A stretch of 55,449 nt of DNA from a virus. Taxonomy: Duplodnaviria; Caudoviricetes. The notes under the pieces were generated by a model, which worked only from the letters and a program-made list of their open reading frames with translations, ran no database searches and was not told the DNA's origin. Shown here piece by piece: positions 30,801 to 41,065 of the stretch (the stretch's first letter is position 1; each line of letters opens with the position of its first letter). The stretch lies in the IMG/VR virus record IMGVR_UViG_3300028417_000005, positions 1 through 55,449 of that record. One strand, written 5' to 3'. Position numbers and translations under genes: made by a program.

Positions 30801-33800
30801 AAAGAATCGAAATTCAAGATACCGTAAAATATATTTATGATAAGAAAGGTGTATATAATAAAGCCTTTACTAATAATGTTGTACAAAGAGTACAAGCAAC
30901 AATAGATAAGTTCCCAATAGATAGCAAGTCTTTACAGAATTTAACCAAGAGGAATTTACTTGCTGTCCTCGTAGATAGTGATGGCAAGCTACTTGATGGT
31001 ATATTAGAGAATGCTATGATACAAGTTCCATTAACATTCAGAATGATGGATAATGTTAGTGATGACTTTGAAAACAAAAAAGATTTTGGTGAGAATGTAC
31101 AGCTACAAGTTTACTACAATACACTCGGTAGAAATATTATTGATGCATCTGGCATAAGGGTTAACTTTGAAGTTGATAGTGAATCACAAAGATCTATACT
31201 TGAATCATCTCTAGGCGAAGCTATAACATCTGCCTTAATTGAAGCTGGTGTGTTTGAAGTTAAAACATTGAGAGAAGATGGTAAGACTACATCATACCTA
31301 AGAGATACTATCAAAGATGATAGCTCCTCAATAAGGAAAAAAATTGAAACATTTTTTGGTGCAGAAGGAGATGTAAAAAGTTTAGAAAAACATAATAAAG
31401 TTAATATTTTGGAGATTGGTTCTAATCTCTTAAAGATGAGCTACAATGTCACAAATGTAGAACAGCTTATGCCTACACAAGAACCAACCGTTAATAAAAT
31501 TAAGACAAAAAACAACAGCAAGATATCTGAGAAGATGCAAGGCAATATCAATACTATGAATAATGTGCCAAACACATTTAAAGATATAGCTACTACTATT
31601 TTTAATATGCCAAAACACCAAGTACTTTCGCTTATGGGATATGTTGATTTAGAAAGGGTAGATTTAGATGGTATAGATAGCAAGACTGCTTTAAATGAAT
31701 CATTATCTAAAGCATATAATGATGCTATGAAGGTGTATAGTAGAAATAAAGAAGGTAAACCCTTCTACTTTTCATATTTTTTCTCACGAGTTGGTAGATT
31801 GTTTATAAATGAAAATGTTATGAACCCAATCAATGATAAACAATTAGCTAGGAACATAATTAACTTTGGTGGTAAAAAACAAATAGTAACAGATGAAAAT
31901 ATGAATACTTTTTTCAGAGCCATTGGTTCTCAACTTGGAATAAAGATAGAACATCTAAATGACGATAGAGTTTCTGACGAAATCTATAGAATTGTAAATG
32001 AAAATATGAATCTTAATGATTGGGAGTTAACTCAGAAATATAAAGGTAAAGATGGATTAGCTAAGTTTATAGCATATAAAGAGCTTGCTAGATATATATC
32101 TAGAAACAAAGAAGATGTATTTGAAACAGATGTGCAGATGTCTGTAGATGGTTCTGCAAATGGTTTATTCTTTACATTTATGAACTTCATTGGAGATGTT
32201 GAACTGTTTAAGAAATATGCTAATGCATTGGGTATATTCATCCCATCATCTGATAATAAAAATGCATTTGAATATTATGAAAACAATGGTCTTGATGTAT
32301 ATAATATATTTGGTTCTAAATTAGGTGAAACTAAATATGATATGCTTGAGAGTTTTAAATCATATGAAGATGGTGGCAACCTACTGTCATCCGTTCTAAA
32401 TAACACAATTGATACCATTCTTGGTAGCAAAACAACAGAACCACTAATTGGTATTAGAAAGATGTCTAAGCTACCTGTTATGATATTTAGCTATATGGCT
32501 GGCAAGAATGTTATTAAAAAAGATGTTGCAGATGCTATATATGATGATCTAGTAGATCTGATCAATTTTGGTAGCGAGAGAGAAAGCAAGACCGCTTTTA
32601 AAACATTGGTTGAGATAGCAAAGCCAAATCATAACATTTCAAAAAAAGAACTCCTAGATCAATATAATAAATTCGTACATTTTGGAATGAGTATAAAAAG
32701 CCCACAAGAAGGAGAGATCTTCTATATAGCTAAGAATGTAAACACTAAAGATGTGATAATTAGTAGATTATCTAATACATATGGTCAAATGATGTTCTTG
32801 ATGCTAGAAAAGGAGTTGTCACCACTAAAGACTAAGTTGACTATTGTATCAGATGCTCTATCTATAGCTGGTAATTCACTTGCTGATTTTAAGAACCAAC
32901 ATATGATAAAAAAGAACTTTATCAAAAATAGACCAGAAGGAACCAAACCAGAAGATATAGTATATTTCTTTGATAATATAGATACTTTTTTCAACACACC
33001 TGATGGTTCTCTATTGCCATTGTCATCATCTGATTTTATAGTTAGTAGAAATGATAATGGAACATTTAAAGGGTTGACTAATAATGATATAGCTATTGGT
33101 GCTAGGTCTTCACATATAACTTATGCTGGTTCTGCTGTTAGGATAAATCAATCATCAGATGCATCTACAATGGGCAGCATACACGATAAAGCAGTTGATG
33201 GTATGTTGCCTATGTTTGATGGTATATACACTAATATTAATGATGCTAAGACATTGCAAGATGAATACAATAAATCTGCAAAGTATGAAAATTATAATCA
33301 TATAGGAACCACAATTGAATCACTTGAGAGATCACTAGAAACATATAAATCAATATCACAATACATAACTAATTATCTAAAGAAGGCAGATGACGGTGAG
33401 ATTAAGATAACAAAATCTGCAAGAGAGAAGTTGGTTAATGAGCTTGATAGAATGAAAGTAGATTTTGAGATTGGCAAAAGCAAAACTAAAAATAGTCCAG
33501 AAGTATTAAGCATAGTATCTTTTATATCAGAGTTAAAAAGTATGCTTGATAATGTAAATAGGATGAAAGAAGAACTAGGCTTTTCAGAGGCATCTATACA
33601 ACAGATCTCTGGAGCTTATGATATGGGTGATACATCTCCTAACTTTGGCTACTCAGATATAGATGTCAATGTTAAAAATGAAGTTCCAATAGATGTTAAA
33701 TCTAAGAAGCCTGTTAGAAAAAATAAAACATTTAACGAAAAAGCCAATGAGGAGAAGGTCAATAAAGGTAATAATGCTAAGAATAAAAAGATAAAAGATA

Positions 33801-36800
33801 CATTGTCATCACTAAAAGGTCAATATGATAGTAAAGATAAAGATGGTTTTGTATTCTTAGAAGCTATAGCTAATGAGCTAGATGCTCTATTTGGCAAAGG
33901 CAAGATAAAGATAAACATAGGTAGAGATACTAGAGACTCAGATAATACATTTAATGAAAAAAATCTAACTATAAACTTATCTGGTAAAGATAACTCTTAC
34001 ATATCCGATAGTAAAAATAAGAATGCAATACACGAGATATTGCACGCTATGACATCTCTTGGTTTAAACACAGAGAGAGAAGCACTTACTAAGTACACTA
34101 ATCTACTTAGGAGAATACATAAGAAAGAGTTTTCATCTATATCCTTTGAAGATGCTATTGGCAACAACTCATTATCTAAACAAGATCTAGCATTAATATA
34201 CATAGCAACTAGAAAGAACAATATAATCGCACAAAAAGAGCTTGTTGCAATCTTTGGTTCTGATTCTGACTTTAGATCATACTTAAGCAAAGCGGTTGAT
34301 TCATCTGTTGAAATGAATATAGCATTAAAAGCATTCAAAGCTATTATATCTATAATAAATCAAACTATAGATAAACTGATTAAGAAATCAGAATACTTCA
34401 GGAGAGTATCTGATAGCGAAGGGTTAACTACTACTGGTAAAAAAGCTAGAAGTGATAAAGCTAAGAAGATGTATAAAGATATTTTCCACGAGATAGATAA
34501 AGCTAAAGATATTAGTAAAGAATATATTGATGCTATGAACACTAAAGATAAGAATGATGAAGATCTTAATAGTCCATCTTATTCGATCAAAGATAGCGAT
34601 ATATACAATAGTTTAACAATACTCAACAAAGGTACAGTAGCTACTGATGCTGTTGCTTCTAAGTACCTTAGAAGGTTATATAACAGCAATCTAACTAAAG
34701 CATCTATAGTAGCCATATCAGATGGATACAAAAAGCTATATGAAGAACACCCAAGTGTTAGGCACATAGCTAAGTTTATGAGAGATAATATCATTGAATC
34801 TGATTTCATAAAGAGAGTATTAGTTGATAATAACTTAGATGGAAGTGTTGATAGAAATACAATAGATAAGTTATTGACTCTTGACCAGAAGAACCAAGAG
34901 AGAGCTAACAACGCATCTAAAGAAGAGCACGATGATACGATGAATACATTTGGAGATCTATCAAAAGAGGATCAACAGCTATTAACTAAATCTTTTTTGT
35001 CTAGTGATATCAAAGTATTGTTTGATGGTTCTGTATTGCAAGATGTTTTTTATGAGTTTATCAATATGGATAAAGATGAACAAGCAGATTACTTAGCTCA
35101 ACGAGTAGCGCACATAAGTAAAACTAGTGGCAAAATAGATAAGAAATTGCTTACTAAGATAATTAAAAACTCTGGTCAATTTGCTATAAACAAAAACGCA
35201 GATGTAAATGGGTATGTCTTCCACAATGCGATATCAATTGGTCGTCAATTTAAAATAGATGATCAAGATGTAGTAAGTGACATAGATATACTAATAAGCC
35301 TATCTGCATTGTACGAGTCTGGTGGTTCTGCTCTTCTTAAAAAGATCGATAAGAAGAAGCTTGAAAAGCTATCAGATAAACATAAAGCAATAGAAGCCTA
35401 TCAGTTTGATTACTTTGGTTCTGATAGATATAAAATTAGAAAAGGGTGGTTCGTAAATAATCATCATAGAAATTACCAAATAATCTTTATGGATAAAAAA
35501 GAGTACAGAAGAACCAAAAAAGATAGTGGATACAAAGTAATTGGGGAGAGAGATGGTCTACTACTTGTTAAAAGAGTTGATTTATCTGGAGCATATGTAT
35601 CAGGTGCATTATCATTAAATAGTGCCACTCCTACTGGATATCAAATACCAAATAGTGATAAGGTCAAGAGTGTTGAGAAGGGCATAAAGATGTTTGGTAA
35701 GAATGCTGTGCCTAGAAGAGGATATGTTGTCAGAGAGAAGGATGGTATGCCTGTAGAGACATATGAAATTACAGGTTGGAACTATGAAGTAAATAATGAA
35801 GATAAGAACCAACACTCTGAAATGGATAACAACATAGTAGATGTGATATCTAAAACATACAACTCTGTTATGGTTAAGTCATCTTCATCAATGTTAAATA
35901 ATGAGATAATGAAAAAATATTCATTGAACTTTATAAGCGATTCACAAATACAAGAGGGTGATGATGTTGAAGTAGAGCAATATACTAAAGAAAGTAAAGA
36001 GCAACTAAAAAAAGAGCTTGATGAAAAGAATCCATTAATATTTACATTAGAGGGGTTTGATGATGACTTCGGAGTTGGTGATAATGTAGAAGGATATGTT
36101 AGAGTTGATCCAAAGGAGTTCTCAATAAGCAAGAACTTATCTTTTGCTGGCATAAATGATACATCTGTTTTATATGTAAAAAAAGGAACCAACGATATCC
36201 TACTAGGGTATAAAGAGAACTTTATATTTGACAATAGAAATGTTAGATATTATGAGACATTATATAAAGGTATAGTATCTCAAATGAAACAAAATGTTAC
36301 AATTAAGAGCCCAGCTGTACAAAAAGTTAATCTTCTTAGTAATATGTTTATACTTAGTGTAATTGGTGTCCCAGTATATGATATTATCAAATACGGAAAA
36401 GAATTTAATGATAATAAAACTAAGTATGATAAACTTAGTATGAAAATAGATTCATTAGAAAGAAGAAATAAAGCAAAGAAAGATAAAAAAGTACAAGATA
36501 GAATAGATAAGCTTAGAATAAAACTAGAAGAGAATCCACTACATAAGACCTCAAATGCAGGCTTATTTCAGACAATAGATAGTCAGTTAAGAAGAGACAA
36601 TATGATATCTAATGATGCCTTTCTATCAGAAGTATCAAATATCGTAGACAAAATGGGTCTTAATAAACATAATGAATATGTTAAGAAAATTAAGAAACCA
36701 TTAGAAGTCCTTAATAAAAAAGTCAAAATAAAAGATAGTGATACTAGTATAAATGACTTGTCTAAGAATCTTATAGAAAACATAGTGTCAATGGACCCAA

Positions 36801-37243
36801 CAATAGGAAATCTATTATCTGAGCTATATATGTCAAGAAGATCTGCTACTGGCAATACGGTTGGAGTTGGCGTGTCAATGATTGATCAAGCATCTAGGCA
36901 TATGCTACTTAGCTATTTGCTTTCAATAGGACAATCACAACAAGAGGCATCACAGATGGCACTTGATGTATTTGTTGACTACAGAAGGAACCTACCAAGA
37001 GAGCTTAATGTATTTTCATCATATGCTTGGTTCCCATTTATAACTTGGTATATGAGGATACAAAGAGTATTGATATATCTACTAATTAACAAACCAGTAT
37101 CATCTATAATTGGTCAGGTGTTAGTATCTGGTGATGTAGATACATTTAGATCTAATATAGTTGAAGCTGGATTTGATGGGCTTAAAGGTGGTCTTGGAGC
37201 TGAAGAGCTAGGTACATCTCTTGTACCAGCCTTCTATAGATAG
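27890..37243 (+). CDS. Virion-encapsidated RNA polymerase (N4 gp50-like), 3117 aa
   Basis: SRVGRL, motif A SVDGSANG, motif B RKMSKLPVMIFSY, motif C PMFDGIY; apparently Cys-free like N4 vRNAP; HEILH in the C-terminal part. Confidence 0.88.
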   Translation: MYSEKGLYTDEELSYIETPQTKSLNKLSSIGKNKASKLGFAGLDIEDSIKFISSIEDGDSIKSVDGKNYKLNNKDAYETYRPPSEDKEFDDAQKRRVDKQRFRLAKSLGVKPEDISAGDVYQRGAYDKLQTYASLTNADFEPDIRDLEYYRNNALPKLTQDEPIPVYGKFQDTTDVENYGRGLFETDLLSNNNIGSFDNNVEENAFADQEIARRGADGQDGYFGDLVDRSQASFHSLFDNAVEGIADGTASAVGATTNLAKSVFKNFDKDYHSLDVGSDEWNKSRDEFSKNKKDTFNDIKSFGDKASKFVTGTDNLLSKDYKKLHGVSKKSIDDMERDSKLAEKAMDDGRYDQAFLHGIEYALPYLADSSADIASFVNPYTFALGVTARVNRKANEFSKNNDGKKWNAGQTAKALGIEYALAKAELGLIKKVAKGTGLGQGLSKLADDTLSGGNKAISKTQSMKKRAGNVLLGGAGEFLQEYADASTTDLITQKEGSKTLSDTLLNKNNLFQALVGSGTGASMSLAGNTAGAGLDKYNDSYENKILKKQSTAHSNNEMVRLKRSEEEKIDSILNEGQDETGYFTGLDRYDDMSGSVFSEIKFRLKGIKEDVDKAVANGKTSKDIQDEIDKQLKDKNASYPINKKNYDKLVLKEIKRREDASKKDISDSNIDDSINDDVNSAFKEEPISADVVVDNTDKIIDLEGKILSATNTFDNMKKDKNVDINIINEQERIVNKYKDDLSKLQSPSANNVSGSRLTIYKDDFRDLLNNSDISLSDKAIIATPMNSRATNILAFGEDKLSKSIKNLVDIPINESGSNTFILLPKKDNVSAGGNSEHSVAIQKTIASIKAKENQSVDAYTIPSDAIRTYSKGSRDIDYSRVIDALEANGYTEAMIDGDIGSGVFTKGGSAIDGVNTKTIGDKTLSRINSARSKDIKTNKTNNANNIFVVERDSNKATITKDNIKAEANLDKRIEIQDTVKYIYDKKGVYNKAFTNNVVQRVQATIDKFPIDSKSLQNLTKRNLLAVLVDSDGKLLDGILENAMIQVPLTFRMMDNVSDDFENKKDFGENVQLQVYYNTLGRNIIDASGIRVNFEVDSESQRSILESSLGEAITSALIEAGVFEVKTLREDGKTTSYLRDTIKDDSSSIRKKIETFFGAEGDVKSLEKHNKVNILEIGSNLLKMSYNVTNVEQLMPTQEPTVNKIKTKNNSKISEKMQGNINTMNNVPNTFKDIATTIFNMPKHQVLSLMGYVDLERVDLDGIDSKTALNESLSKAYNDAMKVYSRNKEGKPFYFSYFFSRVGRLFINENVMNPINDKQLARNIINFGGKKQIVTDENMNTFFRAIGSQLGIKIEHLNDDRVSDEIYRIVNENMNLNDWELTQKYKGKDGLAKFIAYKELARYISRNKEDVFETDVQMSVDGSANGLFFTFMNFIGDVELFKKYANALGIFIPSSDNKNAFEYYENNGLDVYNIFGSKLGETKYDMLESFKSYEDGGNLLSSVLNNTIDTILGSKTTEPLIGIRKMSKLPVMIFSYMAGKNVIKKDVADAIYDDLVDLINFGSERESKTAFKTLVEIAKPNHNISKKELLDQYNKFVHFGMSIKSPQEGEIFYIAKNVNTKDVIISRLSNTYGQMMFLMLEKELSPLKTKLTIVSDALSIAGNSLADFKNQHMIKKNFIKNRPEGTKPEDIVYFFDNIDTFFNTPDGSLLPLSSSDFIVSRNDNGTFKGLTNNDIAIGARSSHITYAGSAVRINQSSDASTMGSIHDKAVDGMLPMFDGIYTNINDAKTLQDEYNKSAKYENYNHIGTTIESLERSLETYKSISQYITNYLKKADDGEIKITKSAREKLVNELDRMKVDFEIGKSKTKNSPEVLSIVSFISELKSMLDNVNRMKEELGFSEASIQQISGAYDMGDTSPNFGYSDIDVNVKNEVPIDVKSKKPVRKNKTFNEKANEEKVNKGNNAKNKKIKDTLSSLKGQYDSKDKDGFVFLEAIANELDALFGKGKIKINIGRDTRDSDNTFNEKNLTINLSGKDNSYISDSKNKNAIHEILHAMTSLGLNTEREALTKYTNLLRRIHKKEFSSISFEDAIGNNSLSKQDLALIYIATRKNNIIAQKELVAIFGSDSDFRSYLSKAVDSSVEMNIALKAFKAIISIINQTIDKLIKKSEYFRRVSDSEGLTTTGKKARSDKAKKMYKDIFHEIDKAKDISKEYIDAMNTKDKNDEDLNSPSYSIKDSDIYNSLTILNKGTVATDAVASKYLRRLYNSNLTKASIVAISDGYKKLYEEHPSVRHIAKFMRDNIIESDFIKRVLVDNNLDGSVDRNTIDKLLTLDQKNQERANNASKEEHDDTMNTFGDLSKEDQQLLTKSFLSSDIKVLFDGSVLQDVFYEFINMDKDEQADYLAQRVAHISKTSGKIDKKLLTKIIKNSGQFAINKNADVNGYVFHNAISIGRQFKIDDQDVVSDIDILISLSALYESGGSALLKKIDKKKLEKLSDKHKAIEAYQFDYFGSDRYKIRKGWFVNNHHRNYQIIFMDKKEYRRTKKDSGYKVIGERDGLLLVKRVDLSGAYVSGALSLNSATPTGYQIPNSDKVKSVEKGIKMFGKNAVPRRGYVVREKDGMPVETYEITGWNYEVNNEDKNQHSEMDNNIVDVISKTYNSVMVKSSSSMLNNEIMKKYSLNFISDSQIQEGDDVEVEQYTKESKEQLKKELDEKNPLIFTLEGFDDDFGVGDNVEGYVRVDPKEFSISKNLSFAGINDTSVLYVKKGTNDILLGYKENFIFDNRNVRYYETLYKGIVSQMKQNVTIKSPAVQKVNLLSNMFILSVIGVPVYDIIKYGKEFNDNKTKYDKLSMKIDSLERRNKAKKDKKVQDRIDKLRIKLEENPLHKTSNAGLFQTIDSQLRRDNMISNDAFLSEVSNIVDKMGLNKHNEYVKKIKKPLEVLNKKVKIKDSDTSINDLSKNLIENIVSMDPTIGNLLSELYMSRRSATGNTVGVGVSMIDQASRHMLLSYLLSIGQSQQEASQMALDVFVDYRRNLPRELNVFSSYAWFPFITWYMRIQRVLIYLLINKPVSSIIGQVLVSGDVDTFRSNIVEAGFDGLKGGLGAEELGTSLVPAFYR

Positions 37244-37246
37244 AGA

Positions 37247-37615
37247 TTAAGTATCTCCATCTGTTTTTATACCAGCATACTTTGTACGCTTCATAATTCT
37301 CAACCCAAGGCTATATCTTTTACATTGAACACCTTTAACAGATCTCCCAAGTAATTTAGATATCTCTAAATCAGAATAGTTACCACTAACCAGCACAGCT
37401 AGTTCACCCTTTTCATCATCAGACCAAGGTGCGTGATAGTTACCAGATCGCTTAGATGAATCTATACTTTTGTTATTTATGATCTGTCTTAGTTCATACA
37501 ATTTATCTTTTTCTACTTCAACCTTTTTTAGTGGTTCTTGTTTTGTATTAACAACATCTAGTCTTGCAACCTTATTTCTAAAACCATATAACCATTTTCT
37601 AAACATACTTAGCAT
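37247..37615 (-). CDS. HTH/Myb-like DNA-binding protein
   Basis: WSDDE...EISKLLGRSVKGVQCKRYSLGL. Confidence 0.6.
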   Translation of the reverse strand: MLSMFRKWLYGFRNKVARLDVVNTKQEPLKKVEVEKDKLYELRQIINNKSIDSSKRSGNYHAPWSDDEKGELAVLVSGNYSDLEISKLLGRSVKGVQCKRYSLGLRIMKRTKYAGIKTDGDT

Positions 37616-37928
37616 TGTGTAATCTCCTTCTACTCTGCCATTTATTTATCTTTCTTAATACTTTTATCTTTTTTGATATAGTATTATATTTATCTAATAA
37701 TGATGTAGCTTCATAGTGGTATAGACCACTTTTAAGTATTGCCACATCAAAACTATCTCCGTGAAAAATCTTAAGTAGAAATATAACTGTCATAGTTGTA
37801 TCAACTCTTCTTAAGCATTCATCGCAGAACCTACCTTCTGATATTGGGGTTCTATCCATCATCTCACATCCATATAGATGTGTTTCATAACATCTATATT
37901 GGTTAACCTTCTCCAGATATTCTGACAT
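37599..37928 (-). CDS. Hypothetical protein
   Basis: Overlapping ORF chain; Cys cluster. Confidence 0.5.
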   Translation of the reverse strand: MSEYLEKVNQYRCYETHLYGCEMMDRTPISEGRFCDECLRRVDTTMTVIFLLKIFHGDSFDVAILKSGLYHYEATSLLDKYNTISKKIKVLRKINKWQSRRRLHNAKYV

Positions 37929-38859
37929 ACTCTGAATAATTTTGGATTAACTTAATTACCCTCTGCCTACCGTTGGCAGTTATATGACATTGCCAAGCAC
38001 AGTTCTTTTGTGACCATTTAAAAGATAATGATTTTAGATATCCTTGTGCTTCTGGAGATGGAGTTTCGTTTAAGAATATTTGATATCTCTTTTCTCTGTA
38101 GTTTGTTACAACTTTGAACAGATCATAAACATCTTCTTTATTTTCTAGTCTATCAAGCATCTCCATCTTTTTCAATCTAGCCTTAGCATCTTTAATGACC
38201 TTAGTGTTGTTTTTAGTTATAAACATAGGGCAACGACAATCTATGCTATGCCTTAGATCTTTCATAAATTCATCATCAGCATTGTTGAGTTTACTAATCT
38301 GCTTTAGCTTTTCATCTATTGTGTCTTTACCTCTCATAATCTTATTTGATGCTAGTTGTAGTATATGGTTCCTCTCTAGCATAGCCACCCTCTCTCGTAG
38401 CTTAGGAATTACATCTTTGTCTGTTGACAATATTACCTTCTTATCAGATAGATCTTTTTTGATTTTATCTATCTTGTCATTGTAGTAGCTATGCGCTTCA
38501 TTGCTTCTACTTCTTGCTATGTCATTAGCTTTTTGGTGTTTATCTACATTTATATTGCCACTTCCAGTTATCAACACACTAAAGCATCTTGATAATGATG
38601 TTAATCTACTTAGTGTTTTCATTAAGTATCCGTGATAAAAAAAGTCAAATGACTTTTTAAATATCTCTACTTTTGCATCATTGTCAACCAATGGAGATAA
38701 CTTATCGAATGCATCTAAGATATTTTGAGCAAACAACTCTTGCTCTCCATTCGCCATCTCTTCTGGCTTTGTGCTTATATTCCTATATGCATTCATAGCC
38801 ATACCATAATCAATTGCTATTAAAGCTCTTGCTTCAATCTCTTTTCTATAATCTTTCAC
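37903..38859 (-). CDS. DUF3560-like protein
   Basis: ILSTDKDVIPKL..NKIMR..NN..IK..K.RL..RYQIF..LKS..FKWS...AWQ resembles the DUF3560 C-terminal pattern. Confidence 0.55.
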   Translation of the reverse strand: MKDYRKEIEARALIAIDYGMAMNAYRNISTKPEEMANGEQELFAQNILDAFDKLSPLVDNDAKVEIFKKSFDFFYHGYLMKTLSRLTSLSRCFSVLITGSGNINVDKHQKANDIARSRSNEAHSYYNDKIDKIKKDLSDKKVILSTDKDVIPKLRERVAMLERNHILQLASNKIMRGKDTIDEKLKQISKLNNADDEFMKDLRHSIDCRCPMFITKNNTKVIKDAKARLKKMEMLDRLENKEDVYDLFKVVTNYREKRYQIFLNETPSPEAQGYLKSLSFKWSQKNCAWQCHITANGRQRVIKLIQNYSEYVRISGEG

Positions 38860-39040
38860 TAATAACCTTTTTAACTAGTTCAAATCCATTGTCATAGTTT
38901 GAACCAAAGATAGATATATTTCTTCTATCATCTTCTGTTATGTCGTCTTTTGACACTACTCTTTCCTCTCCGTTGCAAATAATAATGTCACCATCTCTAA
39001 TAGATGTTTTGTGAACATTAACTATTGTTTTTATAAACAT
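38846..39040 (-). CDS. Small hypothetical protein
   Basis: GAGGA RBS; ORF track. Confidence 0.55.
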   Translation of the reverse strand: MFIKTIVNVHKTSIRDGDIIICNGEERVVSKDDITEDDRRNISIFGSNYDNGFELVKKVISERL

Positions 39041-39044
39041 ACAC

Positions 39045-39632
39045 TTATCCTCTGCTATAAAGTAAGTTTGATATATCTTTTGATTTGATATGAACCACTA
39101 TGTCGTCTCTATCTAATCCATCAATATGATCAATTATATCTATGATTGTTTGTATAACCCAATCATCTTTATTAACTATCTCATCTATAGTTAAATCATT
39201 TATCCTTAATGCTACATATTTTATTATGATCTCATAATATTCCAATATGGTTCTATGAAACAATAAGTCAACTACTGGATGCTCAAACGATGAGAAGAGA
39301 TCTGCATTATGCCACTTGATCCACCAAGACCATTTGTTTGTCTTTGAGTAGTTTTTAGCAACATATCTACATATATCTTTTATATCTATTCCAATAGCAT
39401 CTTCATCATTTAATAAGAAAAAAGCTTGTTGTGAGAAGAGCATCTTTGATATAAAATCTTGTTTAATCTTCTCAACCATATCTGGATACACATATGTAAT
39501 ATGACCTTTTTTCACAAATGAGTGCCATACTACATAGTTTATGTTACCTCGTCTAATTGAAGCATTAATCTTAACTGCATCGATATAGTGATCCTTTGAC
39601 CACATATCAACTGTCTGTCTATATTTTGCCAT
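39045..39632 (-). CDS. Hypothetical protein
   Basis: AGGA RBS; ORF track. Confidence 0.6.
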   Translation of the reverse strand: MAKYRQTVDMWSKDHYIDAVKINASIRRGNINYVVWHSFVKKGHITYVYPDMVEKIKQDFISKMLFSQQAFFLLNDEDAIGIDIKDICRYVAKNYSKTNKWSWWIKWHNADLFSSFEHPVVDLLFHRTILEYYEIIIKYVALRINDLTIDEIVNKDDWVIQTIIDIIDHIDGLDRDDIVVHIKSKDISNLLYSRG

Positions 39633-39738
39633 CTTTCCTATCTTTTAAATATAATCTAAACCAGATTAACTGTATCAAAAAGGTATTAACAAAACTAGAT
39701 ATAGATGTTATCACAACAGCAATCTCTATTGGTTCCAT

Positions 39739-39936
39739 CTATATAAATGTGTCATAGTCTTTCAAGGCTTTATCTATATCGTTAAAATTAAAGCCATACT
39801 CAATCATAATTTTGATTATGTCTACAGAGTAGCCTTCATCAAAACCACCTACATCTTCTATCCTCTTTAGCATTTCATAATAAGCTTCATCTTTTGAGAT
39901 GCTTAATGAATCTAAATATACATCTTCATCTATCAA
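39739..39936 (-). CDS. Small acidic hypothetical protein
   Basis: GAGG RBS, TTG start. Confidence 0.5.
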   Translation of the reverse strand: MIDEDVYLDSLSISKDEAYYEMLKRIEDVGGFDEGYSVDIIKIMIEYGFNFNDIDKALKDYDTFI

Positions 39937-40109
39937 TCTTTTACCTCTCTCTCTTCATTTTCAACTTTTATAATTGTATGTATTATAAAAGCTACTATAA
40001 AAACAAAAGCACATATCATCATTGGCACTATTAAATATGACAGAATCATAATAGCTATAGAACCAGCAATTAACAAAGGTATTATTAATATGATCTTTAT
40101 CATATCCAT
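39933..40109 (-). CDS. 58-aa membrane protein
   Basis: Hand translation MDMIKIILIIPLLIAGSIAIMILSYLIVPMMICAFVFIVAFII...; AAGGA RBS; fills the gap between neighbours. Confidence 0.5.
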   Translation of the reverse strand: MDMIKIILIIPLLIAGSIAIMILSYLIVPMMICAFVFIVAFIIHTIIKVENEEREVKD

Positions 40110-40516
40110 TTTAAATCCTTAACAAGTTTTATATTTATCATAGTCTCCACATTATCTGTAGTATGTACTACAGGTGGTTTATATATGAATGTAAGTATAT
40201 CATCATCTTTAATATACTTCTGTATAACTATAAGATCTGCTATCCATTTGCCAATCATAGCACAACTATCAGCATCTATCTTCCTATTGTTATGTCTAAC
40301 TATTTCAAACACAATTGCCACATTGTTGGTTCCTATCTCTTCTTTAGCCAATGGTATTGACCAGCCTAAGAGTTCAGATACTAACTTTGTTTTTATTCTA
40401 GTCTTAGACCATCTATACCAGTATGGCAGGTTGTTAATAGTACACAACCTGTTTTGCTGTTTAGATGTTCCACCTATCTTAGGGTATGGTATTGTAAAGT
40501 CTAAAATAACTTCCAC
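40100..40516 (-). CDS. RusA-like Holliday junction resolvase
   Basis: RKIDADS...K...D......DDD matches the RusA catalytic pattern. Confidence 0.6.
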   Translation of the reverse strand: MEVILDFTIPYPKIGGTSKQQNRLCTINNLPYWYRWSKTRIKTKLVSELLGWSIPLAKEEIGTNNVAIVFEIVRHNNRKIDADSCAMIGKWIADLIVIQKYIKDDDILTFIYKPPVVHTTDNVETMINIKLVKDLKWI

Positions 40517-40522
40517 TACATC

Positions 40523-41065
40523 CTACCAGACATTACTTTCTTTTTTAGTTGCTTTGCTAGTCGCAAGTCTTTTGATGCTTTTTTTTGATAACTTTTCTTT
40601 TGCCTCTTCAACATCTTTATCTGATGCATCAGCTGGAAGAACCAGAATGATATCATTTTTAACTTTAACAGAACCAGAGTAGTCATCTTCAAACTCTGTT
40701 ACACCAACATATACTTCTTTGCCTATCATATTTTCAACCCACATAGCATCTACTGAATCATCAAAGTGTTTAATCTTTTTGATTTCAAACTCTGGTTCTA
40801 TATTTAAAGCTTCTGTAAACATTTTAAGAATACGAACTCCAATAGACGGTGTACCATTCTTCTTGATCATATTTGTCTTAAAAAAGAGATTACCATCTCC
40901 TTCACAATTAATATGAAGGCTCTTTGCTTGTTCATTGCCCTTTAATATAAACAACTCACCAATAGTTAATTTATGTAGACCAGTTACTAGCGCACCTCCA
41001 GTACTCGTTGATGTGTTATCTAGCTCATCTTTTGTAATCCCTAATTCATCCCATACATTTTTCAT
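40523..41065 (-). CDS. Putative ssDNA-binding protein
   Basis: Follows the Sak4-like ATPase; OB-like beta pattern; terminal W. Confidence 0.5.
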   Translation of the reverse strand: MKNVWDELGITKDELDNTSTSTGGALVTGLHKLTIGELFILKGNEQAKSLHINCEGDGNLFFKTNMIKKNGTPSIGVRILKMFTEALNIEPEFEIKKIKHFDDSVDAMWVENMIGKEVYVGVTEFEDDYSGSVKVKNDIILVLPADASDKDVEEAKEKLSKKSIKRLATSKATKKESNVW